Notes under the pieces: model-generated | The model's input: the letters and a program-made list of their open reading frames with translations, nothing else | Told to the model about the DNA's origin: nothing | Databases searched by the model: none | Source: Candidatus Omnitrophota bacterium | GTDB taxonomy: Bacteria; Omnitrophota; Gorgyraeia; Zapsychrales; Zapsychraceae | Direction: 5' to 3' | NCBI GenBank assembly: GCA_021108075.1 | Contig: JAIORP010000120.1 | Coordinates: 21,557 to 85,556 of the forward strand | Length of the DNA stretch: 64,000 nt | Translations under genes and position numbers: made by a program | Shown here: positions 46,676 to 55,644 of the stretch, in pieces | Position numbering within the stretch: the stretch's first letter is position 1 | Layout of the letters: each line of letters opens with the position of its first letter

Positions 46676-46705
46676 TGGTCCGAGGGGGAAAAGAGGTGCT
46701 GAAAG

Positions 46706-46747
46706 TGTCGATTCTCTAGTTCATATCAGGGAATCGGCATTTTTTTT
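46706..46747 (+). terminator. Probable intrinsic terminator of the giant gene
   Basis: 12-bp stem TGTCGATTCTCT/AGGGAATCGGCA (two G-U pairs) followed by T8. Confidence 0.75.
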
Positions 46748-46855
46748 CAACGCATTTGAAGTCCCATCAGAGGCAGTGATAAAAGACATTGATTGGATCT
46801 TACTGGTTGACAGGTTTGGTGTAAAGATCCCCTACCGGTGATGAACATCAACGCG

Positions 46856-47332
46856 TTAATGCGCCGTTTTTTTTTGGTCAGGCAGGTTTTTATAAATAAT
46901 GATGAGGAGTACGATGATAAATAGTAGTCCAAAAACGAGAATGTAAAAATATTCTATCGAGTGTTCCACATATCCGATGATGTCTTTTCTGCCGGGCTGA
47001 TAGTTATCTAAATAATGATTATAATCCCCTTTTGTGGAAACCAGATCTCCATCGACAGAAACCACCCTGTGGACAAGGATCTTTTTTTTCAGCGGGTTAT
47101 AGAAGGCAATGGGTCTGCCGATGAGATTGTTTAAGTCATCGCCCCATCTGTTATTAATAAGCACGAGACTATTTTTTGGAATATAAGGGGCCATCGAATT
47201 GCTTGTGACCATAAAGATCGGGGTAGATGTGTTTTTCCAATGGCACCATCCTAGTATGGCGAGTGTTATAAAGAGAAATAAAAGAATGGCCGCGATAAGA
47301 ACGATCTTTGCCGTTGTATGTGTTTTTTTCAT
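46856..47332 (-). CDS. Signal peptidase I, SipW/Sec11 (Ser-His) type
   Basis: N-terminal TM, VTSNSMAP (catalytic Ser), ILVHRV, TKGDYN..LD, C-terminal TM. Confidence 0.85.
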   Translation of the reverse strand: MKKTHTTAKIVLIAAILLFLFITLAILGWCHWKNTSTPIFMVTSNSMAPYIPKNSLVLINNRWGDDLNNLIGRPIAFYNPLKKKILVHRVVSVDGDLVSTKGDYNHYLDNYQPGRKDIIGYVEHSIEYFYILVFGLLFIIVLLIIIYKNLPDQKKTAH

Positions 47333-47485
47333 GGTGAGGTGTGAACCCCTTTCTTATGACGCTTGAAAAGGCATCAGATAACATGCCTGTTGCCTTAGAA
47401 TAATGCTTGATGCAGCTTTTTATATGACGTGTTTATCATAGGTAAGGCTTTGTCGTTTTACAAGAATAAAAGTAAAAATATCCTC

Positions 47486-47525
47486 TTGACAAAGAGTGTA
47501 TTAGTGTATTATACTTCTAATACAC
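47486..47525 (+). promoter_or_regulatory. Sigma-70-type promoter overlapped by a YtrA/GntR-type operator
   Basis: TTGACA (47486) - 18 bp - TATACT (47510); perfect inverted repeat GTGTATTAG-N12-CTAATACAC at 47496-47525. Confidence 0.75.
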
Positions 47526-47550
47526 ATGATGCAAAAAAGGATAATTGATC

Positions 47551-47955
47551 ATGACAGCTGAATCAAAATATTATTTTCATATTCTCACATCTTCAGGGGT
47601 ACCGATTTATCGACAAATCATTGATCAGGTCAAGATGCACATTGCCACAGGGCGATTACCCCAGGACACGTTTTTGCCCTCCGTTCGCCATGTCGCGCAA
47701 GAATTAGAAATTAACCCCATGACCGTTTCCAAGGCCTACTCTATATTAGAACGTGAAGGAGTTTTAGAATCCGTGCGGGGAAAGGGGATGCGTATTAAAG
47801 CCACCCGGCAATCCAATAAAGACCTTAAGCGCAAAGAGGATAGCATTAAGCCGTTATTGAAACAAGTGATCAGCAGAGCTCAACAGCTTTCTTTGGATAT
47901 GAAGAAGGTAACAGCGATATTTCATTCTTTATGGGAGGAAGAAAATCATGAATGA
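47551..47955 (+). CDS. GntR family regulator, YtrA subfamily
   Basis: PIYRQIIDQV...LPSVRHVAQELEINPMTVSKAYSILEREG; short C-terminus; precedes an ABC ATPase. Confidence 0.92.
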   Translation: MTAESKYYFHILTSSGVPIYRQIIDQVKMHIATGRLPQDTFLPSVRHVAQELEINPMTVSKAYSILEREGVLESVRGKGMRIKATRQSNKDLKRKEDSIKPLLKQVISRAQQLSLDMKKVTAIFHSLWEEENHE

Positions 47956-48826
47956 CCCGATCATACAATTAAAAGAGGTACGCAAGTCCTATGGATTACG
48001 TCTTATTTTAGATCGTCTTAGTTTGAGTGTGCCCGAAGGATCTGTTTTTGGGTTGCTAGGTAAGAATGGAGCAGGAAAGACGACGTTAATCAAGACGATA
48101 TTAGGCCTGCTTAAACCTCAGGAAGGGGATGTTTACACATTTCGAGACAATCCCTGGGATTTTAAAGAAGCAACAAAAGAAAAAATTGGATATGTTCCTC
48201 AATCGGATGTGATGTACCCCTGGCTCAAAATTAAAGAGATCATCGCGTATAGTGCGTCTTTTTACTCGCATTGGAATTCAGAATTGGTCGATCAATTGTT
48301 GAAAGAGTGGGAATTGGATGCAGATGATAAAATTGGTTTGCTTTCCGAGGGACAAGCTCAGAAATTGTCCATTATATTATCATTAGGGCATGAACCGGAA
48401 CTGCTTATTTTTGACGAGCCGGTCGCCAGTCTGGATCCGTACGCGCGCAGGCAGTTTCTCAAGACGATTCTCAATCTCGTGTCGAATCGTTCCTGCACCA
48501 TATTTTTTTCGACACACATTACTTCCGACTTAGAACGCGTTGCGGATCATGTCGCTTTACTGAAAGATGGAAATATTGATTTTAGTGGAGAATTAGACCG
48601 GCTTAAAGATGAAGTCAAGCGGCTACATGTTACGTTTCGTAAGGATTTTAATAATGATTTCAATTTTAAAGGTTTATTACATTTTGAGTCGCTAAAAAAT
48701 GAAGCCATTTTTTCTGTCCGTAGTTTCACCCCGGGCATGAAGACGTTTATTGAAGAAAAATTGAATGCAAAGGTAACCGTTCAGGATCTTAATTTAGAAG
48801 AAATTTTTTTGGAGCTGACGAGATGA
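47948..48826 (+). CDS. ABC transporter ATP-binding protein (YtrB-like)
   Basis: GKNGAGKTT, LSEGQAQK, LIFDEP, STH. Confidence 0.95.
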   Translation: MNDPIIQLKEVRKSYGLRLILDRLSLSVPEGSVFGLLGKNGAGKTTLIKTILGLLKPQEGDVYTFRDNPWDFKEATKEKIGYVPQSDVMYPWLKIKEIIAYSASFYSHWNSELVDQLLKEWELDADDKIGLLSEGQAQKLSIILSLGHEPELLIFDEPVASLDPYARRQFLKTILNLVSNRSCTIFFSTHITSDLERVADHVALLKDGNIDFSGELDRLKDEVKRLHVTFRKDFNNDFNFKGLLHFESLKNEAIFSVRSFTPGMKTFIEEKLNAKVTVQDLNLEEIFLELTR

Positions 48827-50211
48827 AACATTTACGTAGCCTGGGGCATATTTTATGGTTGTATGTTCGCAATCCGTTCTTTATTATGTTGGCGGTCATG
48901 TATGTGTTAGGTGCGATTGTCTCGAAGTGGATGTTTTTTCACGGCCACAATATTGTTGGTAATGATATATGCACACTCATTTTTATTGTCACCATTTGGT
49001 TAGCTTGCATTATTGGGATTATTGTTAAAAGGCAAATGGCCAGTCATCGCGCGAGTTTATTGCCCGGGTATCGCGAGACGCATATTTTCGCCATCTTTTT
49101 TTGGTACGCCATTTTTATTTTTATCGTTTATCTCTGGGAGCAGGGCCTGCGGCTGGATATCGCTTATACCGAAAATGGGTTTGTTGGCATTTATTTAGCA
49201 AGCTTATTTGCCGCTATCCTGATCACGTATTTAGGATATTTATCCATTGGCCGGATTTTGATTTATGCCTATCTGCTGACATTGTTTATTTCTTCTCAGT
49301 CTGCAACCATCGTTTTTTTTATTAATGAACATCCCGCCGTCAATTATTTTTTTGTTAGCGCAAATATCGTTCTTGTCATCTTATTTGTGTATCGTTTGCG
49401 CAAGCTGAAGGAAGACATGTTCGAGTATCATGCGTTATTATCATGGCCGCCACAATCATTTATCCGGAACCAGATGAAGACCGATAATAAATTGCAACTA
49501 TGGATCCAGCGCAAATTTCCGTTTTGGAGATCGTCAAGGACAGTAGGGGTTATCCCGGCCTATCAATCTTTGAAATCATTTGAATCGAGGATGCGCCATT
49601 GGTTGTTTTTTGAAGAAAAAGAGTTTAGACAGATTGGTTGTTTTCTGATTTTTTTTACCCCGATCTATTTAAGCCTTATCAGTTTAATTGACAAGACACA
49701 TGAATTTTTTATGACGCCCTATAATAATTTTCTTTTATTGACCGTAGGGCCGATCCTGTTATTGATTAGTGCAAATTACAAGAAGATGCCGTATTGGAAG
49801 TATGAACTCTTAAAACCTATTCAACGCCGTGATTACATTCTTGAGCGGGGCTTTGGTTTATTAGGTTCTTTGGAGTTGTTTTGGTTATTATTATCATTGT
49901 TCATCGTGATCTTTCCCTCCATACTTCTGAATCCGGCAGCGTTAGGTACATGGCGATTTTGGTTATATTTGGTCTTTACAGAAACCTTTTGTGTATTGAT
50001 TTTTTCAGTTTTATTATCTTTGATCTGCATCAAACAGACCCGGAAAGTAATTTTTTATGGCATCCCTTTTGGGTTTTTTATCATCATTGAGTTTTATCTT
50101 ATCCCGTTTGTAAGTGCAAGAAGTATTCTTTATCATCTTTTATTTTGTTATGTCATTCTTTGGAAACTGTTACCTGCCGTTTTTCGGCAATGGTTAAAAA
50201 AGGAATTGTGA
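48823..50211 (+). CDS. Polytopic membrane protein, probable ABC permease
   Basis: Many hydrophobic segments; ATGA overlap with the ATPase stop codon. Confidence 0.75.
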   Translation: MKHLRSLGHILWLYVRNPFFIMLAVMYVLGAIVSKWMFFHGHNIVGNDICTLIFIVTIWLACIIGIIVKRQMASHRASLLPGYRETHIFAIFFWYAIFIFIVYLWEQGLRLDIAYTENGFVGIYLASLFAAILITYLGYLSIGRILIYAYLLTLFISSQSATIVFFINEHPAVNYFFVSANIVLVILFVYRLRKLKEDMFEYHALLSWPPQSFIRNQMKTDNKLQLWIQRKFPFWRSSRTVGVIPAYQSLKSFESRMRHWLFFEEKEFRQIGCFLIFFTPIYLSLISLIDKTHEFFMTPYNNFLLLTVGPILLLISANYKKMPYWKYELLKPIQRRDYILERGFGLLGSLELFWLLLSLFIVIFPSILLNPAALGTWRFWLYLVFTETFCVLIFSVLLSLICIKQTRKVIFYGIPFGFFIIIEFYLIPFVSARSILYHLLFCYVILWKLLPAVFRQWLKKEL

Positions 50212-50273
50212 AGACGTGTTGAGTGCTGTTGCAGGCACTTAGCATGAGACTCAGAAGAAGGGAGGTGAATACG

Positions 50274-50504
50274 ATGACACAGGAAGGGATTCTTAAATTT
50301 GTACAGGCTTTGTCTGTTGTGACTGTGGTCGCCGGAGGGTATGGCATGATTCTTTGTGTGCCTTATATTATGCATTACAATGTGCATATCATTTCCGCGG
50401 CAAGTTTGCCCTTTATCGCCGGGGCGGTCCTGGTCGGTTCAGGATTGACAGCATTCGCAATTTTGGTGGACAAAGTCGAATTCAAGCGGTCTACGAAGAA
50501 ATAA
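50274..50504 (+). CDS. Small two-TM membrane protein
   Basis: GGAGGTG ribosome-binding site before ATG 50274; two hydrophobic helices. Confidence 0.7.
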   Translation: MTQEGILKFVQALSVVTVVAGGYGMILCVPYIMHYNVHIISAASLPFIAGAVLVGSGLTAFAILVDKVEFKRSTKK

Positions 50505-50518
50505 TGAGACCGGCAATA

Positions 50519-50540
50519 TTATAGATGGCGCCATCTATAA
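50519..50540. promoter_or_regulatory. Perfect 22-bp palindrome (hairpin or operator)
   Basis: TTATAGATGGCGCCATCTATAA equals its own reverse complement. Confidence 0.55.
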
Positions 50541-50755
50541 CATCGTTTTGCGCTTGATGGAGAGTGTTTTTGACTGTCATTTGTAACATGAGAACGATTG
50601 GTTTGTATTGTTATTTTAGCAGTATGGTTATGGCCTGTTTCCGCGGGGGAGAATTTGTCGAACGGCCTGGCTTGTACCGGTTTTATTTATAGGTTTAATT
50701 CGGGGGAATGAATGATTTATCTTTTATTTTATGTATAAGAAATTAGAAGGATGAT

Positions 50756-51148
50756 ATGTTTTCAATATTTATAAATAAAAGAAAGCGGCGCTCTTACGCG
50801 CGCAGAGTGATTCGGTCTTTATTAACAATCCATTTGATTTTAAGTGTCATTGCGTTTTACCGAAACCTTTATTTGCCGATGGATCGTTGTGCCGCGGTTA
50901 TTTTTTCCGATCAGTCGATGATGTCGGAAGATGTTTGGGCCTCACCCCTGGCACAAATCGGAGCCTATCCGTATTGGAGTGCTTATTTTAATAATCAAGG
51001 TATGAAAACAGCCTGGTTCCATGGCTCAGAGTTGTCTGATTTAAAAGCCCTGATCGATTCACGCCAGTTTCAACAGATCGTATTTCTCGGCGAAGGGCCT
51101 CAGGATCATTTGACGGGCTTAAAACTAAAGATGAATATTCATACGTAG
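50756..51148 (+). CDS. Hypothetical membrane-anchored protein
   Basis: AAGGA upstream of ATG; basic N-terminus followed by a TM segment. Confidence 0.55.
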   Translation: MFSIFINKRKRRSYARRVIRSLLTIHLILSVIAFYRNLYLPMDRCAAVIFSDQSMMSEDVWASPLAQIGAYPYWSAYFNNQGMKTAWFHGSELSDLKALIDSRQFQQIVFLGEGPQDHLTGLKLKMNIHT

Positions 51149-51227
51149 ACGATATTTTGTGTCGAATAAAAGTATTCTTGACATAACGTCTCGTTTAAGG
51201 CACCAGGCTCATGACGGGAACATTATT

Positions 51228-51776
51228 ATGAAATTTAAGCAATATTGTCTGGTTTTACTTATTTCTTTAATCGTTTATTATTGCGGCCGGTCCTTTCCTG
51301 CCGGGATTTATCATTTGTTTGCTGTGTCGTCCGGTGAAATGGTCGCCTTTATTATGGGGTGGCTGCCGATGACAAACGAATGGGGGGAGCTTTTTATTGT
51401 CGCACCGCAAAAACCCATTCATATAACGCCTAAATGCAATGGCTTTGGATTTTTTTCCCTTTTGCTGGCTTTTGTTTGGGTCCGCGTGCTGTTTAAAAAA
51501 CAAGAGGTCATATCGGCGTTTGGCCAGTTTTGGCTGATTTTGTTTAGTGTTTATTTCATTGCTATTCTATCGAATGTGATGCGGATGCTGCTGGCTTATT
51601 ATGTGCACTTAATGTCGGTTCATGTGCTGCCGACTAAGTATCAATCGGGAATTCATATGGGGATAGGTGTGGTGACTTTTTTATTTGTTTTTATGGGGAT
51701 CAGCATCTGTTTAGATTTCTGGGACCGTTTAACGGCAGGCAACAGCCCGCGAGTTGCGCAGGGTGGTCGATTCTGA
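51228..51776 (+). CDS. Exosortase family protein (XrtK-like)
   Basis: ITPKCNG (Cys), SNVMRM (Arg), IHMGIG (His) in a multi-TM protein; ATG 51228 preferred over GTG 51159. Confidence 0.8.
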   Translation: MKFKQYCLVLLISLIVYYCGRSFPAGIYHLFAVSSGEMVAFIMGWLPMTNEWGELFIVAPQKPIHITPKCNGFGFFSLLLAFVWVRVLFKKQEVISAFGQFWLILFSVYFIAILSNVMRMLLAYYVHLMSVHVLPTKYQSGIHMGIGVVTFLFVFMGISICLDFWDRLTAGNSPRVAQGGRF

Positions 51777-51801
51777 CGTTTAATTATGGGAGGGACTTAT
51801 T

Positions 51802-54800
51802 GTGAACAAGAAAAATATATCGGTTGCGTTTCCACCGTTCATTTATTTACCCAAAATGCTGGTTTGGGTTAATATCCTTCCTCAGACGATGCTTTTGTTG
51901 TTAAATCTGCGCGTTTTCTGGATTGTCTGCAAGGAGGAGGGGGTTGACCTGGCGCAAGTCTGGTTTCTATTGGCGTTCCAACTGTTTTTGATCGCAGCCA
52001 GTTTTGTTGTCTGGCGATGGTCCAATGTTAAAAAATTTCTTCCCGCTTCGGCAATGATTTTCTTATTGCTTGGGCAAATAGGTTATTTATGGGCTTTCAT
52101 GTACAAACAACAATTTTTTATCCCATGGCGTATTGAACCCTGGATTATCAATCAAGAACTTGTCAATTTAAACCAGTTCGCCATGATGATGCCCGGCATT
52201 TTTTATGCTATCCTGCGCTTATCGAGTTTTCGTTGGAAAGTTCCCTTTGCCATGGACCTGGGCATTAGTCTTTCTACGATTGTTGGCGTCCCGATTTTGT
52301 TTTTTATTTTTTTACAATTATTCAATGTTTTTTGGATTCTTCCGCAAAGCAGTGCCTTCTCGTGGTTTTACCAGATATTTTTTATTGTCGGTACGATTAT
52401 CGTCTTTCTGGCCCTTGTCCGGGTGACGGTGTTGCTGTTTTATTTAATCCAACAAAAGGTCTGGTCGAAGAATCTGGATATTCTTTTTGCCTTTTTTGTC
52501 GGGGTTCTCGGCCCGATTGGAGGGTTATGCCTGAATAAGAATATTCCTTTTCCAGCCGACTTTCAGTCCCCGTATATTTACGCCTTGGCTTTTATCAATG
52601 GATGCATTTTGATGATCCCTGTCCTCAAAAATAAGAATGGCCGATTAGTTACCTTGTATTTTCGGACATTGTTCTATCCGTTTACATGCTATTTTTTTGT
52701 TGTTTTTTTGCCTTTTTTACCATTGTCCATCCCGTCTATCATCGCGATGGGCTTAGGATTCCTGATCCTCGTTCCCTTTGTTTTGTGGATTATTCACACA
52801 AAACGCATTCATGATGATATTCAATTATTAAAAGTTCAGATGCCCATGCAGAGGATAGTCATTTTAATGATCGCTGCATTAGTCATCATGCCAGGCATAT
52901 TTTTTAATAATGCTTTTCATGACCGCAAGTCGTTACATCAAGCGATTGATTACGTGTATCAGCCCGATTACCAAAAAGACGTTCATTTCGACGGGTCTGC
53001 TAATAATGTCAAGCGGACATTAGTGAAATTAAATAAAATGAAACGCGGTGCGCAGTTACCGTACTTATCTTCAGTTTATAATACTATTGTGTTTGATGGA
53101 ATGGTCCTGCCAGACCGGAAAATTTCGTATCTCCATCAACTCTTTTCTGGTGAGAAGCTTCAGGAATTTCCTTACGGTGGCGCGTCATTTTGGGGGAGGG
53201 GAGGTCAATGGAGAGGGAGGCGTCAAAGGGTTGCAGAGATGACCTTGGGTGAATTGATGGCAAAACCCGATGAAGAACCCCGCGTTTCTGAGGTGACATT
53301 GTTAGATCTTGAGACTTCACAACACGTTTTGGGCCAGATGATGAGCACAACGGTTCATTTTAAGATGAAGAACGGGACCCAAAGCGATAATGCTGAATAT
53401 TTCACAACGATACATTTACCGAAAGGTGTTTTGATCAAAGATTATCACTTAAAGGTTGGGGATGAAATGGTTCCCGGGCGGATTTTTGAAAAAAAGACAG
53501 CGATGTGGGTTTATCATATGATCCGTGATTTTACGCGCAGAGACCCGGGGATTCTTGTCTATCAATCTCCCCAGGATATCGATTTTCGAGTCTATCCCTT
53601 CCTTCGTTCTGAACTGCGGGAAGCCTCATTAACATTGCTTTATCCTAAAGATATCAATCCCATCATTACGGTCGCGGACAGGGAATTGTCTCTTCAATCG
53701 CAAGCCCCCGCGTTGACAGATGCCGTGCTCATCAATCAACCGTCTGGCGCATATGATTTTTCCTTTATTTCAGCAAAAAGGATCGCGGAATTACCCGCTT
53801 TTAAACGGGAACCATATTTTCATTTTATTCTGGATTACAGCCTTTCAGGTTATGATTCAGCGGAAGATTATGCGCAGCAAATAGATTTGATTTTTAAGCA
53901 ATTCCCTCAAATCAAACAGATGGCTGTTACGGCCGCTCATTTTGATATTGAGACATTGTTGGATGATCCGCTCCCTGTTCAAGCGATAGCGCAGCGCGAC
54001 CAGGCTTTGCGGAGATGCCGTTTGAAGAAAAAGGGGTCATTGGATTTAAATCGTGTCCTAAAGAAAATATTCTTGGACTATGAGCTGAAATTGACAACAG
54101 CGAAAAATAGTTCTCATCCGGGGCTTTGGAATAAATACCCGGTCTTTGTGGTTTTAAGTAAACGCCCCCAAGATGTTTTATTTGTTCATGATAATTTAGC
54201 TTATTATGATTATTTGCTGCCTGAGCAAAATTATTTTTATATCAACCAGCTAGGCACACCTTTAAAGCGTGTCAATCTATGGCGCAAGAGACCATTTCGG
54301 GAGCAACAAGATGTTGTCGCCTTGAGACGAGGCACAAGGGTTACGGTCATTCCTAAGAATTTTGATCAACCCCAGTTTGCATTCCATTTAACAAAAGATC
54401 ACAATCAGCAAAGCGCATGGCTGGAGGTTTTTGATTCGGGGCAGAATGATTTTATATCCATCAATGGAGCAAAAAAGATCCCGGCGGATCAAATTTATAC
54501 GAAAGGGATTGAATCTGTTCTAGATAGTTATATCTCTGTGCAGCATCCTAAGGATATCCAGCTTCCCAGGCAGATTCTTGAGCAAAGCCGAAAATTGAAT
54601 ATTTTGACACCCTTAACATCTTTCATCGTTGTTGAACGGGACTCGCAATGGAAGACTCTGGAGCTCAAAGAAAAACAAAAAATGCGTTCTCACCAAGCCT
54701 TTGATTTTGAAGACGATTTTGATACCCCGACGCCTTCGTTTTTATATCTCGTTATTTGCTTGCTGGGATTTCATTTTGTTATCAAAATAGTGTCGAAAAA

Positions 54801-54816
54801 AATCAACACTGTTTAA
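51802..54816 (+). CDS. MSEP-CTERM-like membrane protein with VIT domain (probable exosortase target)
   Basis: N-terminal multi-TM region with FLPFLPLS...GLGFL; VIT-like LPKG..IKDYHLKV...GRIFEKK.A...RRDPG...FRVYP; LTPLTSFIVVE; C-terminal DTPTP + TM + KK. Confidence 0.8.
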   Translation: MNKKNISVAFPPFIYLPKMLVWVNILPQTMLLLLNLRVFWIVCKEEGVDLAQVWFLLAFQLFLIAASFVVWRWSNVKKFLPASAMIFLLLGQIGYLWAFMYKQQFFIPWRIEPWIINQELVNLNQFAMMMPGIFYAILRLSSFRWKVPFAMDLGISLSTIVGVPILFFIFLQLFNVFWILPQSSAFSWFYQIFFIVGTIIVFLALVRVTVLLFYLIQQKVWSKNLDILFAFFVGVLGPIGGLCLNKNIPFPADFQSPYIYALAFINGCILMIPVLKNKNGRLVTLYFRTLFYPFTCYFFVVFLPFLPLSIPSIIAMGLGFLILVPFVLWIIHTKRIHDDIQLLKVQMPMQRIVILMIAALVIMPGIFFNNAFHDRKSLHQAIDYVYQPDYQKDVHFDGSANNVKRTLVKLNKMKRGAQLPYLSSVYNTIVFDGMVLPDRKISYLHQLFSGEKLQEFPYGGASFWGRGGQWRGRRQRVAEMTLGELMAKPDEEPRVSEVTLLDLETSQHVLGQMMSTTVHFKMKNGTQSDNAEYFTTIHLPKGVLIKDYHLKVGDEMVPGRIFEKKTAMWVYHMIRDFTRRDPGILVYQSPQDIDFRVYPFLRSELREASLTLLYPKDINPIITVADRELSLQSQAPALTDAVLINQPSGAYDFSFISAKRIAELPAFKREPYFHFILDYSLSGYDSAEDYAQQIDLIFKQFPQIKQMAVTAAHFDIETLLDDPLPVQAIAQRDQALRRCRLKKKGSLDLNRVLKKIFLDYELKLTTAKNSSHPGLWNKYPVFVVLSKRPQDVLFVHDNLAYYDYLLPEQNYFYINQLGTPLKRVNLWRKRPFREQQDVVALRRGTRVTVIPKNFDQPQFAFHLTKDHNQQSAWLEVFDSGQNDFISINGAKKIPADQIYTKGIESVLDSYISVQHPKDIQLPRQILEQSRKLNILTPLTSFIVVERDSQWKTLELKEKQKMRSHQAFDFEDDFDTPTPSFLYLVICLLGFHFVIKIVSKKINTV

Positions 54817-55026
54817 TTTTTTATATTGTTTGTCAGGAAACAATACCCCCTCGTCCAGAAAAGTGCCACTGTTTTATGATGTTAAATTGCGAACAAAACG
54901 AACTCATTTGGTTTCGTTTATGATAAGTTGACAAAATGAGAATAGCATGTAATATAACAAGTAGGATAAATGCTTACAAATAAAAAAGATCTTCGGATCT
55001 TTAGATGTGTTAGAGAGGAGCGGAAC

Positions 55027-55260
55027 ATGATGATGACTAAGTTGGGAATTATTTCTGGAGAAATATTAACTCTGCTTGAAGAGAAGAAAAGACCTCTTCG
55101 GTTTAAAGAAATAGACGAATATATTGATGAGCCACGTGAGTTGATTGATATGAGCTTGGGTTGGTTGACCAGAGAAGGGTTGACAGACATTGAGTGGGAA
55201 AATGATCAAGATTTCATTGTCATTGATAAACACATTCATACAGAACAAACAACAAATTGA
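55027..55260 (+). CDS. Small winged-helix protein (DUF2582-like)
   Basis: LGIISGEIL.LLE...MSLGWLTREG; GAGGAG ribosome-binding site before ATG 55027. Confidence 0.75.
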   Translation: MMMTKLGIISGEILTLLEEKKRPLRFKEIDEYIDEPRELIDMSLGWLTREGLTDIEWENDQDFIVIDKHIHTEQTTN

Positions 55261-55644
55261 TCTTGTAAGGCCATGCTACTAAACAACTTATGTTTATAAT
55301 AGATCTCTCCGGGCGAAATTTTGCCGTTACTTTCGATGATGTTTTCCCCTGTCGTCATTTGTTTCATTCCATCCGATCATTTCCTCATTAAAGCGCTTCA
55401 AATAATATAATCTCCTTATATTAAAAGGCTTTGACTTGAGCCTCCGCTTTTTTGCTGTACAAAAAGCTTGATCATCCAATTGCATTTTTCGGGTTTATGC
55501 TTTCTACCTGATTTTTTGGTGCTTTCACATCTGAAAATCGTTAGGTGGATGTCTCTGTTTAGCGAGGAACAGTTAGGAGTCTGTTTCACCGGTTTTTTCA
55601 AGGAGCCTCAATTGGTGATCTAATCATTCTTTGTTGATCAGGTT

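Noticed and set aside
1114-46596. Many short antisense or alternate-frame ORFs overlapping the giant gene (e.g. 22729-23559, 28792-29271)
   Set aside because: They have no recognisable motifs and are Ser/Ile/Phe-rich mirror translations. They are best explained as shadows of a long coding strand.
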